Shown: piece after piece, positions 1 to 9,261 of the stretch | How positions within the stretch are numbered: position 1 is the first letter of the stretch | Layout: the number at the start of each line of letters is the position of its first letter | Source: Patescibacteria group bacterium | GTDB taxonomy: Bacteria; Patescibacteriota; Saccharimonadia; UBA4664; SCTI01 | Assembly: GCA_004297735.1 (NCBI GenBank) | Contig: SCTI01000002.1 | Span: forward strand, 128,160-192,159 | Length of the DNA stretch: 64,000 nucleotides | Direction of reading: 5' to 3' | Position numbers and translations under genes: made by a program | Notes under the pieces: model-generated | Seen by the model: only the letters and a program-made list of their open reading frames with translations | Told to the model about the DNA's origin: nothing | Database searches by the model: none

Positions 1-1023
1 TATCTTTGGTCTGGCCCTCAAACTGCGGATCCGGCAATTTTACGCTAATAACGGCGGTAATGCCTTCGCGAATGTCCTCACCGGTCAGGCTATCTTCTTT
101 TTCTTTAAGCAAACCGTTCTTACGGGCATACTCATTAACCACCCGGGTTAATGCCCGGCGGAAGCCCTCTTGGTGCGATCCGCCACCAGGAGTTGGGATG
201 TTGTTGGCAAAGGTCTTAACGTTATCGGTAAAGCCTTCGGTGTACTGAATTGCCAGCTCAACCGTAACCTCACCCACCTGCTTTTCCACGTAAAATGGCG
301 GCTGGTTGAGCACGGTTTTGTCTTTATTAAGATGCTCTACGTAACTGCGAATCCCGCCCTCAAAGTAGTAGCCGTAACGCTCACCGGTGGCTTCGTTGTG
401 GGCCTTTAAATGAATACCCTTGGTTAGATAGGCTTGGTGACGCAAGTAATCGAGAACGGTCTGATAATTAAACTCGGTGGTTTCAAAGATGCTGCCATCT
501 GGCCAGAACGTAATGGTGGTACCGGTATCGGTTGAAGTGCCAACCACCTTAACCGGCGCCAAAGGCTTACCTACCTCATATTCCTGACGATACAGCTTGC
601 CGTTAAGGCGAACCTCGGCAATCAGCTTGGTTGAAAGCGCGTTTGCCACGCTGACACCCACACCGTGCAGACCACCAGAAACCTTGTAGCCGGAATTTTC
701 GCCACCAAACTTACCACCAGCGTGCAGCACGGTCAGAACGGTCTCGAGGCCGCTCTTGCCGGTGGTCTTTTGAGTGTCAACCGGGATACCACGGCCGTAG
801 TCCTTAACGCTAACACCGCCGTCGGCCAACATGGTTACCTCAACCGTGTCGCCGTAGCCGGCCATGGCTTCGTCGATTGAGTTGTTGATGATTTCCCAAA
901 TTAAGTGGTGAAGTCCGGCCGGGCCGGTGCCACCAATATACATACCGGGTCGCTTACGGACTGGATCAAGACCTTCGAGAACCTGAATCTGATCGGCACC
1001 GTACTGCTTCTGCTCTTTTGCCA
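1..1023 (-). CDS. gyrB: DNA gyrase subunit B, N-terminal ATPase and transducer part; the C-terminus runs past the window start
   Basis: The reverse-strand translation from the ATG at 1021-1023 reads MAKEQKQYGADQIQVLEGLDPVRKRPGMYIGGTG...GLHHLIWEIINNSIDEAMAGY...GGKFGG..YKVSGGLHGVGVSV, which is the classic GHKL ATPase of type IIA topoisomerase B subunits. A GGAG SD lies upstream. It is absent from the ORF track because the ORF has no stop inside the window. Confidence 0.85.
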
Positions 1024-1159
1024 TGTAAACCTAATAAACTCCTACGACGTAAATCAAAAAGAAAGGCGTTTTCGCCACCTCACCTGCTTCTTATTCAGTA
1101 TAACCGTTTTGGCTCCTGGGGGCAACTCCACCTCTTCGAGAAGGTGTTGGCTTATCTTG

Positions 1160-1296
1160 GGCGGCTCCGTTGGTGGCTCCTGCATTCGCTACTACGCTCG
1201 TTTCGGAGGCACCAACTGCGCCTAGAATAGAGACTAAGGACGCAGCAACTGCCTCCGAAACGAACGTAGTAGTGAGTGAAGGAGCCAGTTGCGGAG
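1160..1296. repeat. Long imperfect inverted repeat with roughly 46-nt arms, about 83% complementary, and a 17-nt spacer, in the gyrB/LPXTG divergent intergenic region
   Basis: Arm A (about 1174-1220, ggctcctgcattcgctactacgctcgtttcggaggcaccaactgcg) is near-complementary to arm B (about 1238-1284, cgcagcaactgcctccgaaacgaacgtagtagtgagtgaaggagcc). Confidence 0.4.
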
Positions 1297-1367
1297 TCTT
1301 TAATAAAAGGCTGAATTGGTTGCCTTAACCATAAGCAAAATGGTTTAATAGATTATGAGAAACCGGT

Positions 1368-2729
1368 GTGATGTTTAAAAGTATTGTTGCTAACCTCAGT
1401 CTTCACCCTGCTGCCACCGGGCGGCTAACTTACTATTGGCGGCGCTTGCGCAAAGAGCAAGTCACCCGCCAGCTATCTGTGGTCCTGGCTATATTGCTGA
1501 TGGGTGTACAGGTTGCTACGATCATAGCGCCACCGGATGCGGCCACCGCGGCATCCTCAAACGACATTATTAATGGCGGGATTAACACCAGTCACCCCCA
1601 ACAGACACTGCTTTCAATTTATGACGGCAGCGGCGAGCTACAGGCACTATTTAATAACTACGGTATCACCCGTAACGATATCTCAAACACCCACCATGGC
1701 ACACTTAACTCAAGCAATCAAAGCTTTAAATCGTTTGGGCGCAACCCCCACTCCAAGCAAGACAAAAAGGTGGTTATTGGCAGCCACACCTACTACGCCC
1801 GCCCGCTAAGCAGCTGGGGTAGCGATGTCACCTATAAGGTACTAGAGGGCCAAAGGGCGGTAGATGGTCGTTACTTTGCCATCATGATTAAGTGTGGCAA
1901 CCTGGTGCTAACCGACCTGACACCCAAACCAATCACCCAGATTCAAAAGGGCTCCAGCTTTAGTAATGTCCCTCAGCCCAAGCCGACCACCTTTACTCAA
2001 ACCCCTACACCAGCACCTGCGCCAACGCCGGTTACCCCAACCGTGGTCACTCCCACGCCCACCCCTACTCCAACACCCGTAACCCCGACACCTACCCCGG
2101 TTACACCCGTGGAGAACCCCAACATCCAGCAAGCCAAAACCGCCAAGCTAACCTCGGCGGCCGATGGCTCAACCCGTAACGCCCACGGCGCCACCGCCAA
2201 CGCCGGCGATAGCATCGAATACACCCTGGTTACCACCAACACCGGTACCGGCGCCGCTAAGGACTACGTTGTCACCGAAAATGTACGCGACATCCTGGAG
2301 TATGCCGATATCACCGAGCTGCGCGGCGGCACCTTAACCGACGGTATTTTACAGTGGCCTAAAACCACCATTGCCGGCAGCGCCGCCTACAGCGTTAGCT
2401 TTGTAGCCCGAGTTAAAAACCCAGTACCAGCGCGCCCAACCGCCGCATCCGACCCTCAGTCGTACGACCTCCAGATGGACAACGTCTACGGCAACGTTGT
2501 TAGTACCGGCATCACCACCCCGCCAGCCAAGCAGGTTGAGGTAGCCGCTGCCACCCTGCCAGCCACCGGCCCAGGTGAAAGTTCGCTTATTGTCATGATC
2601 GTACTGGCCATGCTGGTGTTCTTTTACGCCCGTAACCGTCAGCTCATTACCGAGGCGGCGATCTTACGGGGTGACGCTACCGGCCAAGATCCGCAGAACC
2701 TGCATCATCGCCACAGGAGGCATTCATAA
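1368..2729 (+). CDS. Secreted, cell-wall-anchored surface protein with an N-terminal signal/anchor, a PT-rich linker, a DUF11-like repeat domain, and a C-terminal LPXTG sorting signal (LPATG, hydrophobic segment, RNRQ)
   Basis: The N-terminus RRLRKEQ followed by LSVVLAILLMGVQVATIIAPP is a signal/anchor. The linker reads PTPAPAPTPVTPTVVTPTPTPTPTPVTPTPTPVTPV. The C-terminus reads LPATGPGESSLIVMIVLAMLVFFYARNRQ. The track calls a GTG start at 1368, and an ATG follows at 1371. Confidence 0.7.
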   Translation: MMFKSIVANLSLHPAATGRLTYYWRRLRKEQVTRQLSVVLAILLMGVQVATIIAPPDAATAASSNDIINGGINTSHPQQTLLSIYDGSGELQALFNNYGITRNDISNTHHGTLNSSNQSFKSFGRNPHSKQDKKVVIGSHTYYARPLSSWGSDVTYKVLEGQRAVDGRYFAIMIKCGNLVLTDLTPKPITQIQKGSSFSNVPQPKPTTFTQTPTPAPAPTPVTPTVVTPTPTPTPTPVTPTPTPVTPVENPNIQQAKTAKLTSAADGSTRNAHGATANAGDSIEYTLVTTNTGTGAAKDYVVTENVRDILEYADITELRGGTLTDGILQWPKTTIAGSAAYSVSFVARVKNPVPARPTAASDPQSYDLQMDNVYGNVVSTGITTPPAKQVEVAAATLPATGPGESSLIVMIVLAMLVFFYARNRQLITEAAILRGDATGQDPQNLHHRHRRHS

Positions 2730-3274
2730 TGGAACGACTTAATAATTCCGCCGAACAGAACCTTAACTCAACCGAGATCGAACAAGCTGCCGCCGAGCGG
2801 CTCAAGAACCTCGAGCGATCAGCCGAACGCATTACCGGGCCCGAAGACGGCGTTGAGGCCGCTCGCGAAAAACTACGGCAGGCCGAACGGCAGAGCGCCC
2901 AGACCGAGCGTGCCAGTATTCAAGAAGACCGCCCCAAGGCTCAGCCGATTAGCCTCGAAGCCAACTACCGCCACACCATGACTACGCTGCAGCATCGCCT
3001 CAAGCCAGCTAGCCGGACCTTTAGTAAGGTAATTCACTCCCCTGTGGTCGAGCGGACCAGCGAGGTGGTTGGCTCAACCATTGCTCGCCCATCGGTTACG
3101 GTCGGAGCTACCGGCGGAGCACTAATCTTTAGCACCACTCTTTATTTGTACGCCCGCTACTACGGCTTTACGCTTAAGGGCTCCGAGATCTGGATCGGAC
3201 TGTTGGTTGGCGGCGTTATTGGCCTGGTGGCTGAGTTTAGCTTACGGCTACTACGCGGCCGCCGCAGCTCTTAG
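2729..3274 (+). CDS. Hypothetical membrane protein with a charged coiled-coil N-terminal half and two C-terminal TM helices
   Basis: Its start overlaps the upstream stop as TAATG. The N-terminal half is EQ/R-rich (ERLKNLERSAERI...EKLRQAERQSAQTERAS). The C-terminus holds the hydrophobic segments ALIFSTTLYLYARYYGF and IGLLVGGVIGLVAEFSL. Confidence 0.5.
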   Translation: MERLNNSAEQNLNSTEIEQAAAERLKNLERSAERITGPEDGVEAAREKLRQAERQSAQTERASIQEDRPKAQPISLEANYRHTMTTLQHRLKPASRTFSKVIHSPVVERTSEVVGSTIARPSVTVGATGGALIFSTTLYLYARYYGFTLKGSEIWIGLLVGGVIGLVAEFSLRLLRGRRSS

Positions 3275-3321
3275 TTTTATTACGATTCAAGCTTTACTGA
3301 TGCCAGGTCTATGGCTCGATC

Positions 3322-6300
3322 TTATCCCTGGATGACATTACCGTCATCATCAACGTAGATCTCGCCTGGCTGCAACTTCGGCTTACTGGGTGAATCAGGA
3401 GCTGGTACTGCTACTGGTGGTACTGGGGCTGAAGCGGCTTCCGGCGCTGGATTCATCTTGACTGGCTCCGGTGGCACAACCGGACCGGCCTTTACGGCCT
3501 GATGATCGGGGTGAACGATATTTTCGAGCTGCTGGTTGACGGTTGAAGCAATAGTGTCGGTAGCCGATGGTTTATCTGATTGTGGTGGCGGTGGCGTTGC
3601 AGCTAGAGCTGGCGACACAACATCACCTGGAGTCGGGCTAGGAGGTGTTGGCAGTACGATGCGCGGAGTCTGGCCGGCCTGCTCCTCGGTTGCAAGCGAC
3701 TCTAGCTTGGCATTGGCGTGCTTAGACCGAGCCGGGGCCGCCGCGTCCTTATAGCGAGATGATTTGTTGGCGTGCTTACTGGACTTTGAATCAGCATGCG
3801 ACCGTGGCTTATCGCTATGCGCCGGCTTAGCGGTTGATTTAGGTTGATCATGAGCTGGCTTTGGATGAGATTTAGCGGCCGGTTGCTGATGCTGGCGCTC
3901 ACTCTTTGGCGTAGAACCCTTTTGATGGTGACTGCGGATCTCTTCTGTATCTGAGGGCTGTTCGCCATCAGCTAACCTGTGACTGCGATGGGTGGCGATC
4001 ATGGTTTTAGCCGACTGTGACGCATCTGCCTTTGGTGGCTGTGGCTTAGGTTGAGGCGCGACTTCTTGAGGCTTGGGTTGTGGTGTCGGCGGCGCTGGCG
4101 GTGCTGCAACCGGAGTGACCGGTGCGGTAGCCGGAGCTACTGGAGCTGGCTGTGCTACCGGAGTTGGGGCTGGGGCTGGCATCTGAGCTACTGGAGACTG
4201 GCTATCAGTAACACCGTCACGCTCCTCCGCTTCAATCAAAAGCGGTGAGGCGGATTGTGATGCGCTAGTCTTACCATCGGTCTCGTGGGCCTCTATCAGC
4301 ACCGGCTGTGGTACCGGCTTCGGCTTGGCCGCCTCAACCCCCACCACATCGGCAATGGAGGCGCTGTCGCCACTTGAAGTATTCTTTTGTTGCTCATAAT
4401 CCGGGTTGATCGACTTAATATCCGGTGCTGGAGTCGGAACAGGAGCGGGAGCGGTCGGCTGAGCAACTGGAGTTGGTACCGGTAGCTCAGGTGGTGGGGC
4501 TGATGTGACTGCTGAAGTTGGAGCGGCCATAGCCGGATCAACCCTATCCCCGAGCTTAGGCAGGGCTGGGGCCGGCGTAGGAGATGGAGTTGGCTGGGCA
4601 ACTGGAGGAACCGGTGCTACGGCGGCTTGGGGAGCGGGCGTTGGAGCGGCCTGAGGCGCTGTTGGGGTGGCAGGGGCTGGCTGGGGCGTGGCTGCCGCCT
4701 TGGGCCGGGGCTGATTTTGGAGCCGGGCAAAGATATCGGCCTCCACCACACCGCGCGGAACGCCAAACTTGGCGGCACTTAACTGCTTAACCGCCAGCAG
4801 CATCTCAGCATGCGGCTCTCCCAGTGGCGGTAGCGCGGTCATACTAAACGGTTGCGACGGCAATCCGCCCACCATCAATCTCATAACGGCGTTAAAGTTG
4901 GGCAGGTTGACCAGGTCGTGAACATCAAACACCGGCTCGAACTGCTTTACCAAAAACTCGGCATCCTCTGGCCCGGTACGGTAGCTTAGCATGGTGCCAA
5001 CGTTACCAAATACCGCCTCGCGAATCTCGTCGGTTAGCTGGCCAATAAACTGGTTGGCCACAATTAGATTGAGTCGATACTTACGCGCTTCGCTCAGGAT
5101 GCTTGCAAAGCTATCGGTGGCAAAGTTCTGAAACTCATCAACGTATAGCGAGAAATCAACACGATCGGCCTCAGGGATGGCGGCTCGGCTCATCGCCGCC
5201 TGCTGTATCTTCATTACGAATAGCATACCCAGGAGCTTGGAGTTCATCTCCCCCACCTGACCCTTACTTAAGTTGACTATCAGGATCTTACGCTGGTCCA
5301 TGATCTCGCGGATGTTAAAGGCAGAATGAGTCTGGCCGACAATATTGCGCATCATTTCGTTGGTCTGGAAAGCCCCAAACTTACTGACAAACCAGCCTAA
5401 CATCTCACTCTTATGATAGTCGCTAGTCTGGCCCATCTCCTTAGTCCAGAACTCCATCACGGTTGGGTCATTGAGATACTTAAACTTATTCTTTAAATAG
5501 GTGGTGTCGGTAAACACCTTTGGCAACTCAATAAAGGTGGCGCCATCCGGGTCGGCCATTAAGGTGAGAGCGGCGTTGCGGAACCAGTGCTCAAACCGCG
5601 GCCCCATGATCCCGGTGTGACCTGGGTCGTACAGTTTGTACAACATATTAATAGCTTCATTGACGATAAAGTCTTTTTGGTCAGGGCTGGAGAACTCAAA
5701 CAAGTTGATCCCGAGCGGATGCTCAAGATCGGCCGGGTTGAAGTAGACAATGTCCTCGGCCCGCTCCTTTGGAACCATACTAATCAGCTTTTCGGCGGCA
5801 TCACCATGAGGGTCAATAAAGGCAAAGCCATTGCCCGCCAACATATCTTGGACCATCAGGTTTTCTAGAATGGTGGTCTTACCGGTACCGGTTTGACCAA
5901 CAATGTACATGTGTCGGCGGCGATCCTCTAGGTCGAGATGTATCTCTTTTTTGGTGCCGCGGTAAAAGTTATAACCCAACAACAGACCCTTGCTTGGCAT
6001 ATTAGCTGGGCCATCAACTTGCTTTGAGTGCTGCCGCTCCACCTGAGTAGTGGAGTTGAACTGTGAGTCCGGTAGATGGAACAGGGTGGCCAACTCGGGA
6101 GAGCTTAGAATGTTGTTCGATACCTCTGGTGGGAAAAAGCGAAAGATAAAGGCGGTTACCAGTCCCTGGATGTCACGCGCCTCTAAAAACTGGAAGCCAT
6201 TACTTCCAGGTGCCTCAAACAGCGCAAATGCGGTGGTAATACCCCGCAACAGGCTCTGCGAACGATCATAGCTTGGCGACGACACCAAGACGCGTACCAG

Positions 6301-7134
6301 TATTTCGAATCCGGGGTGACGAACCTTCTCTTCCACCGCCTGCATCATGGTCTCTTCGAGCTTGCTTAGCTCGTACTGAGCCTTCTCTTTATGCTGCTGC
6401 TCGGGGGCCTTAACCGCTGCCATGGCTAAATCCTTAGGTGTAAAGCCAAGTCCGGTGGAATCTTTTTGATGACGCTTACTTGCAACTAGCTTCTTTGAGG
6501 CCTTAACCCAGCCGGGTTTAGCCGGTCGCAACATGATCTGGATTGCCGCTCCATCACCAAGTTGTAATTTTGACAACGTGTTAACTAGCGCTTCCATTGG
6601 ATCGCGCTCCATCTGGTCGTAAAGCGCAATTGGATACGAAAACTTATGGCGCAGAGTCAACTCACCCCCTACCGTGCCGGTCAGCTTACCCTGAGGGCTG
6701 AAGATATTATGATCCTCAACCTCCTCCACTCTCGCACCCGGGTAAGCGGTAAAGATGGCCTGCTCAACGGTACTTACTAAAGCCACCGGAACCGCCACAA
6801 AGTAGTGAATCAAGCCGTTAGAGGCAATGATTTCAAAAGCAATGTGACGTTGGCCATAAAAGCTGCTGCTAAAGCCTTGCCTAGCGGTGCCAGCAATCAA
6901 GTCATATAGGGTTTGAGACTCCGAAATACGCTCGCGCATCATGTCCCTGGCATCACGGTTGGTTTGCTCCTCGTCACGAGGCGGCGGCAAATGGATTAGC
7001 AGCGGCACCATCTTGAGGCCCCGCTCAATCCCCTTGGCTCGGCGCAGTACACGACGGTAAGCAAAAAAGGCAATTGCCCCCAGAACTAGGGCGAACATAA
7101 CAAAGATAACCAGCAGTAAATAAACGCCGTTCAT
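3322..7134 (-). CDS. Large membrane-anchored P-loop NTPase resembling a type IV coupling protein (TraG/VirD4/TrwB family), with a disordered Pro/Ala/Thr-rich C-terminal tail of about 450 aa
   Basis: There is an N-terminal TM helix (LLLVIFVMFALVLGAIAFFAY). Walker A is HMYIVGQTGTGKTT. A Walker-B-like SLYVDEFQNF matches the DEF pattern of T4CPs. The C-terminal third is low-complexity PAPATPTAPQAAPTPAPQ... and so on. Confidence 0.5.
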   Translation of the reverse strand: MNGVYLLLVIFVMFALVLGAIAFFAYRRVLRRAKGIERGLKMVPLLIHLPPPRDEEQTNRDARDMMRERISESQTLYDLIAGTARQGFSSSFYGQRHIAFEIIASNGLIHYFVAVPVALVSTVEQAIFTAYPGARVEEVEDHNIFSPQGKLTGTVGGELTLRHKFSYPIALYDQMERDPMEALVNTLSKLQLGDGAAIQIMLRPAKPGWVKASKKLVASKRHQKDSTGLGFTPKDLAMAAVKAPEQQHKEKAQYELSKLEETMMQAVEEKVRHPGFEILVRVLVSSPSYDRSQSLLRGITTAFALFEAPGSNGFQFLEARDIQGLVTAFIFRFFPPEVSNNILSSPELATLFHLPDSQFNSTTQVERQHSKQVDGPANMPSKGLLLGYNFYRGTKKEIHLDLEDRRRHMYIVGQTGTGKTTILENLMVQDMLAGNGFAFIDPHGDAAEKLISMVPKERAEDIVYFNPADLEHPLGINLFEFSSPDQKDFIVNEAINMLYKLYDPGHTGIMGPRFEHWFRNAALTLMADPDGATFIELPKVFTDTTYLKNKFKYLNDPTVMEFWTKEMGQTSDYHKSEMLGWFVSKFGAFQTNEMMRNIVGQTHSAFNIREIMDQRKILIVNLSKGQVGEMNSKLLGMLFVMKIQQAAMSRAAIPEADRVDFSLYVDEFQNFATDSFASILSEARKYRLNLIVANQFIGQLTDEIREAVFGNVGTMLSYRTGPEDAEFLVKQFEPVFDVHDLVNLPNFNAVMRLMVGGLPSQPFSMTALPPLGEPHAEMLLAVKQLSAAKFGVPRGVVEADIFARLQNQPRPKAAATPQPAPATPTAPQAAPTPAPQAAVAPVPPVAQPTPSPTPAPALPKLGDRVDPAMAAPTSAVTSAPPPELPVPTPVAQPTAPAPVPTPAPDIKSINPDYEQQKNTSSGDSASIADVVGVEAAKPKPVPQPVLIEAHETDGKTSASQSASPLLIEAEERDGVTDSQSPVAQMPAPAPTPVAQPAPVAPATAPVTPVAAPPAPPTPQPKPQEVAPQPKPQPPKADASQSAKTMIATHRSHRLADGEQPSDTEEIRSHHQKGSTPKSERQHQQPAAKSHPKPAHDQPKSTAKPAHSDKPRSHADSKSSKHANKSSRYKDAAAPARSKHANAKLESLATEEQAGQTPRIVLPTPPSPTPGDVVSPALAATPPPPQSDKPSATDTIASTVNQQLENIVHPDHQAVKAGPVVPPEPVKMNPAPEAASAPVPPVAVPAPDSPSKPKLQPGEIYVDDDGNVIQG

Positions 7135-7162
7135 GCTGTACCTACATCACCCTCCACCTTAC

Positions 7163-7585
7163 CTACTTCGAGTCCGGCTTTTTAACCTCGTGACCATACC
7201 GCTTTTTGAGGTAGTCGGCCTGGAGCGCCTCAACCGCCTCTTCCTCGGTGTAGGGATCTTGCTTGGTCTGCTCTACAATCCGGTTGGCCTGATCAACCCA
7301 CTCCTTTTCGATAACGTCGACGTCTCCCGCGACAGCAGGCGCGCCAGCTACAGGGGTGGCCGGGCCGGCTGGGGGTTGAGCTGACGGCTGACCTCCCTGG
7401 TTGCCATTGGTAGCACCATTAACATCCGGCAGGACCGGGCGAGCTACTGGGTCGGTTGGACCACCGGTTGGCGCCTGCGGAGCGCGTTCGGGCGCAATTG
7501 GCTGCGGTGCAGCCTCGCTAGCGGCCGGAGCCGGCTGCTCGGGGTTTGGCGGAGTTGGTAAATTGGGGTTTTGATTCGGTTGCAT
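7163..7585 (-). CDS. Hypothetical small protein with a Pro/Gln-rich N-terminus and an acidic conserved-looking C-terminus
   Basis: The likely start is MQPNQNPN, with AAGAGGA about 8 nt upstream. The longer track ORF begins at 7615. The C-terminus reads DVDVIEKEWVDQANRIVEQTKQDPYTEEEAVEALQADYLKKRYG. Confidence 0.45.
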   Translation of the reverse strand: MQPNQNPNLPTPPNPEQPAPAASEAAPQPIAPERAPQAPTGGPTDPVARPVLPDVNGATNGNQGGQPSAQPPAGPATPVAGAPAVAGDVDVIEKEWVDQANRIVEQTKQDPYTEEEAVEALQADYLKKRYGHEVKKPDSK

Positions 7586-7663
7586 CGGAGTATCCTCTTG
7601 GCTACAGTATAACACTTATGTATATCTGTGGGGAGCGCAATTTTGATGACGGCAAACGGTCGC

Positions 7664-9154
7664 CTACTTGTGCACCCACACCGGCGTGCCAACATCGGCC
7701 CAGCCGTACAAAAAGGCGGCGGTTGCCAGCGGCAAGTTGACGCAGCCGTGTGAGCCACCGTAATAATAATCGGAGCCGCCAAAGTTAGAGCGCCAACTAG
7801 CATCGTGCAGCCCATAGTTGCCACTAAATGGCATCCAGTACTGCACAAACACGTTGTAGTTATAGCCGATGGCGTAGCCGTTAAGATTACGGTTGGTTTG
7901 TTTGGCTTGAATCGAAAACAGCCCGGTTACGGTAGGGTAACCAGCCCCGGCCGCTCCACTGGTAACCGGCGACTCGTAAACAACCTGCTTGTCCTGATAC
8001 ACCCACAGATGCTGGCGACTCAAGTTGATCTCGATGTAACGTCCATAATCCAGCGTAACCACGCGATTATACTCGGTCTGGAAGGCCACCTTTTTAGTTG
8101 GCGCCTCGACCGTTAGCGGTTGGCGCGCGCCCAAAGTAGCAGCAATCTGGTTGGCCAGGCTATCTTGATCGAGCTGCGTACCCTCCTGGCCGGCGCGCTC
8201 CTCGCTCGACTGGCCGTTCTCCACCCTTACCTTACGATTAACCGGATCAACATTGATCTGCTTGGATAGGGATTGCAGGTAGCTAATAATACCGTCGCGG
8301 TTGGGCTTGGCTAGCAGACCCGGCGGCTGATCGGCAGCCGACTTATCGTAGGTGACCCAGGAGCTCATTTGGGCCGGTGTTGGCCGGAACTGTCGACCCT
8401 GGTAGGTCACAACCACCGGAACCGCCAGCAGCTGCTTGGTTTGCTCAATAGCTGGCTGTAGATGATTGGACCGGATTCGGGCTTGCTGGGTTTGAGCCGT
8501 CAGAACCTCGGTTTTGGCATCGAGATTCTGAGCCTGGTGCTGAATGGCAGCCTCAACCTGGTCCGCCGACAACGACTGACCGGGCTTATCTGGCTGAACT
8601 TTGGGTACGCCATTTTCAATGGTAATAGCGGCATCGATGGCTGGCTGACCGGTGCCAACCACCACCTTATCGATAAAAGCCTTTTGCACCACCGCATCGG
8701 TGCCAAAAGCCAGCTTGAGGTCACGGCCATTAAAGGTTTGAGCCAGACCAAGTGCAGTTAAAGGCTGGTCACGGCCCTGCAAAAAAGCGTCGTCCAAAGT
8801 GGTATTAAGATCGTACTGCACTCCAACATCAGCCGGAGGAAGTTTGTATGGCTGGCCGGCAATCACTAGATTGACTCGGTATCCGTCTACCTTGTTCGCC
8901 AGAGCCTGGCGGGCCTGCGACCGAGTTAAACCACCGACCTCGAGACCGGCCACCTTAACGCCAGGATAAATCTTGCCAGCATACCAGGAGCTGAGCGCTA
9001 GTTGAGCCGCCACGACAACAAAGAAGAGCGCCCCGCCAACCAGCCATGCGAGCTGAATCCACCTCGACTGCGGCCGACCAAAGGCGGCCTCAAGACCCGG
9101 TACCGACTTCGGCTCCGGGTTAGCAAACAGGGGCGCAGGGTTTTTGCGACGCAA
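7664..9154 (-). CDS. L,D-transpeptidase family protein with a YkuD catalytic domain, an N-terminal membrane anchor and a VanW-like middle region
   Basis: The C-terminus GLHDASWRSNFGG...GGSHGCVNLP carries the SHGC motif of YkuD L,D-transpeptidases. The TM segment is WIQLAWLVGGALFFVVVAAQLAL. The track start is TTG, and a TATAAT lies at 9196-9201 (minus) upstream. Confidence 0.7.
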   Translation of the reverse strand: MRRKNPAPLFANPEPKSVPGLEAAFGRPQSRWIQLAWLVGGALFFVVVAAQLALSSWYAGKIYPGVKVAGLEVGGLTRSQARQALANKVDGYRVNLVIAGQPYKLPPADVGVQYDLNTTLDDAFLQGRDQPLTALGLAQTFNGRDLKLAFGTDAVVQKAFIDKVVVGTGQPAIDAAITIENGVPKVQPDKPGQSLSADQVEAAIQHQAQNLDAKTEVLTAQTQQARIRSNHLQPAIEQTKQLLAVPVVVTYQGRQFRPTPAQMSSWVTYDKSAADQPPGLLAKPNRDGIISYLQSLSKQINVDPVNRKVRVENGQSSEERAGQEGTQLDQDSLANQIAATLGARQPLTVEAPTKKVAFQTEYNRVVTLDYGRYIEINLSRQHLWVYQDKQVVYESPVTSGAAGAGYPTVTGLFSIQAKQTNRNLNGYAIGYNYNVFVQYWMPFSGNYGLHDASWRSNFGGSDYYYGGSHGCVNLPLATAAFLYGWADVGTPVWVHK

Positions 9155-9261
9155 CGACTCCAGAATCTGGCTCCACCAATATCCCTTGTATTATACCGCT
9201 TACGCTTTGGGCTGGCCAGAGCGATTTTACCGGGATTTTACGGAAGTAAGGCGGCTCGGCC

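Noticed and set aside
6-1230. Plus-strand ORFs (6..248, 170..409, 665..880, 905..1225, 1018..1230) in the first kilobase
   Set aside because: They lie antisense to a clearly recognisable gyrB N-terminal domain on the minus strand. Their translations are low-complexity with no family resemblance.
3536-4790. Short ORFs on both strands inside the 1270-aa gene (3536..3754, 3702..3968, 4051..4248, 4296..4601, 4584..4790)
   Set aside because: All fall within the Pro/Ala-rich low-complexity coding tail of the large ATPase gene. High GC gives open alternative frames.
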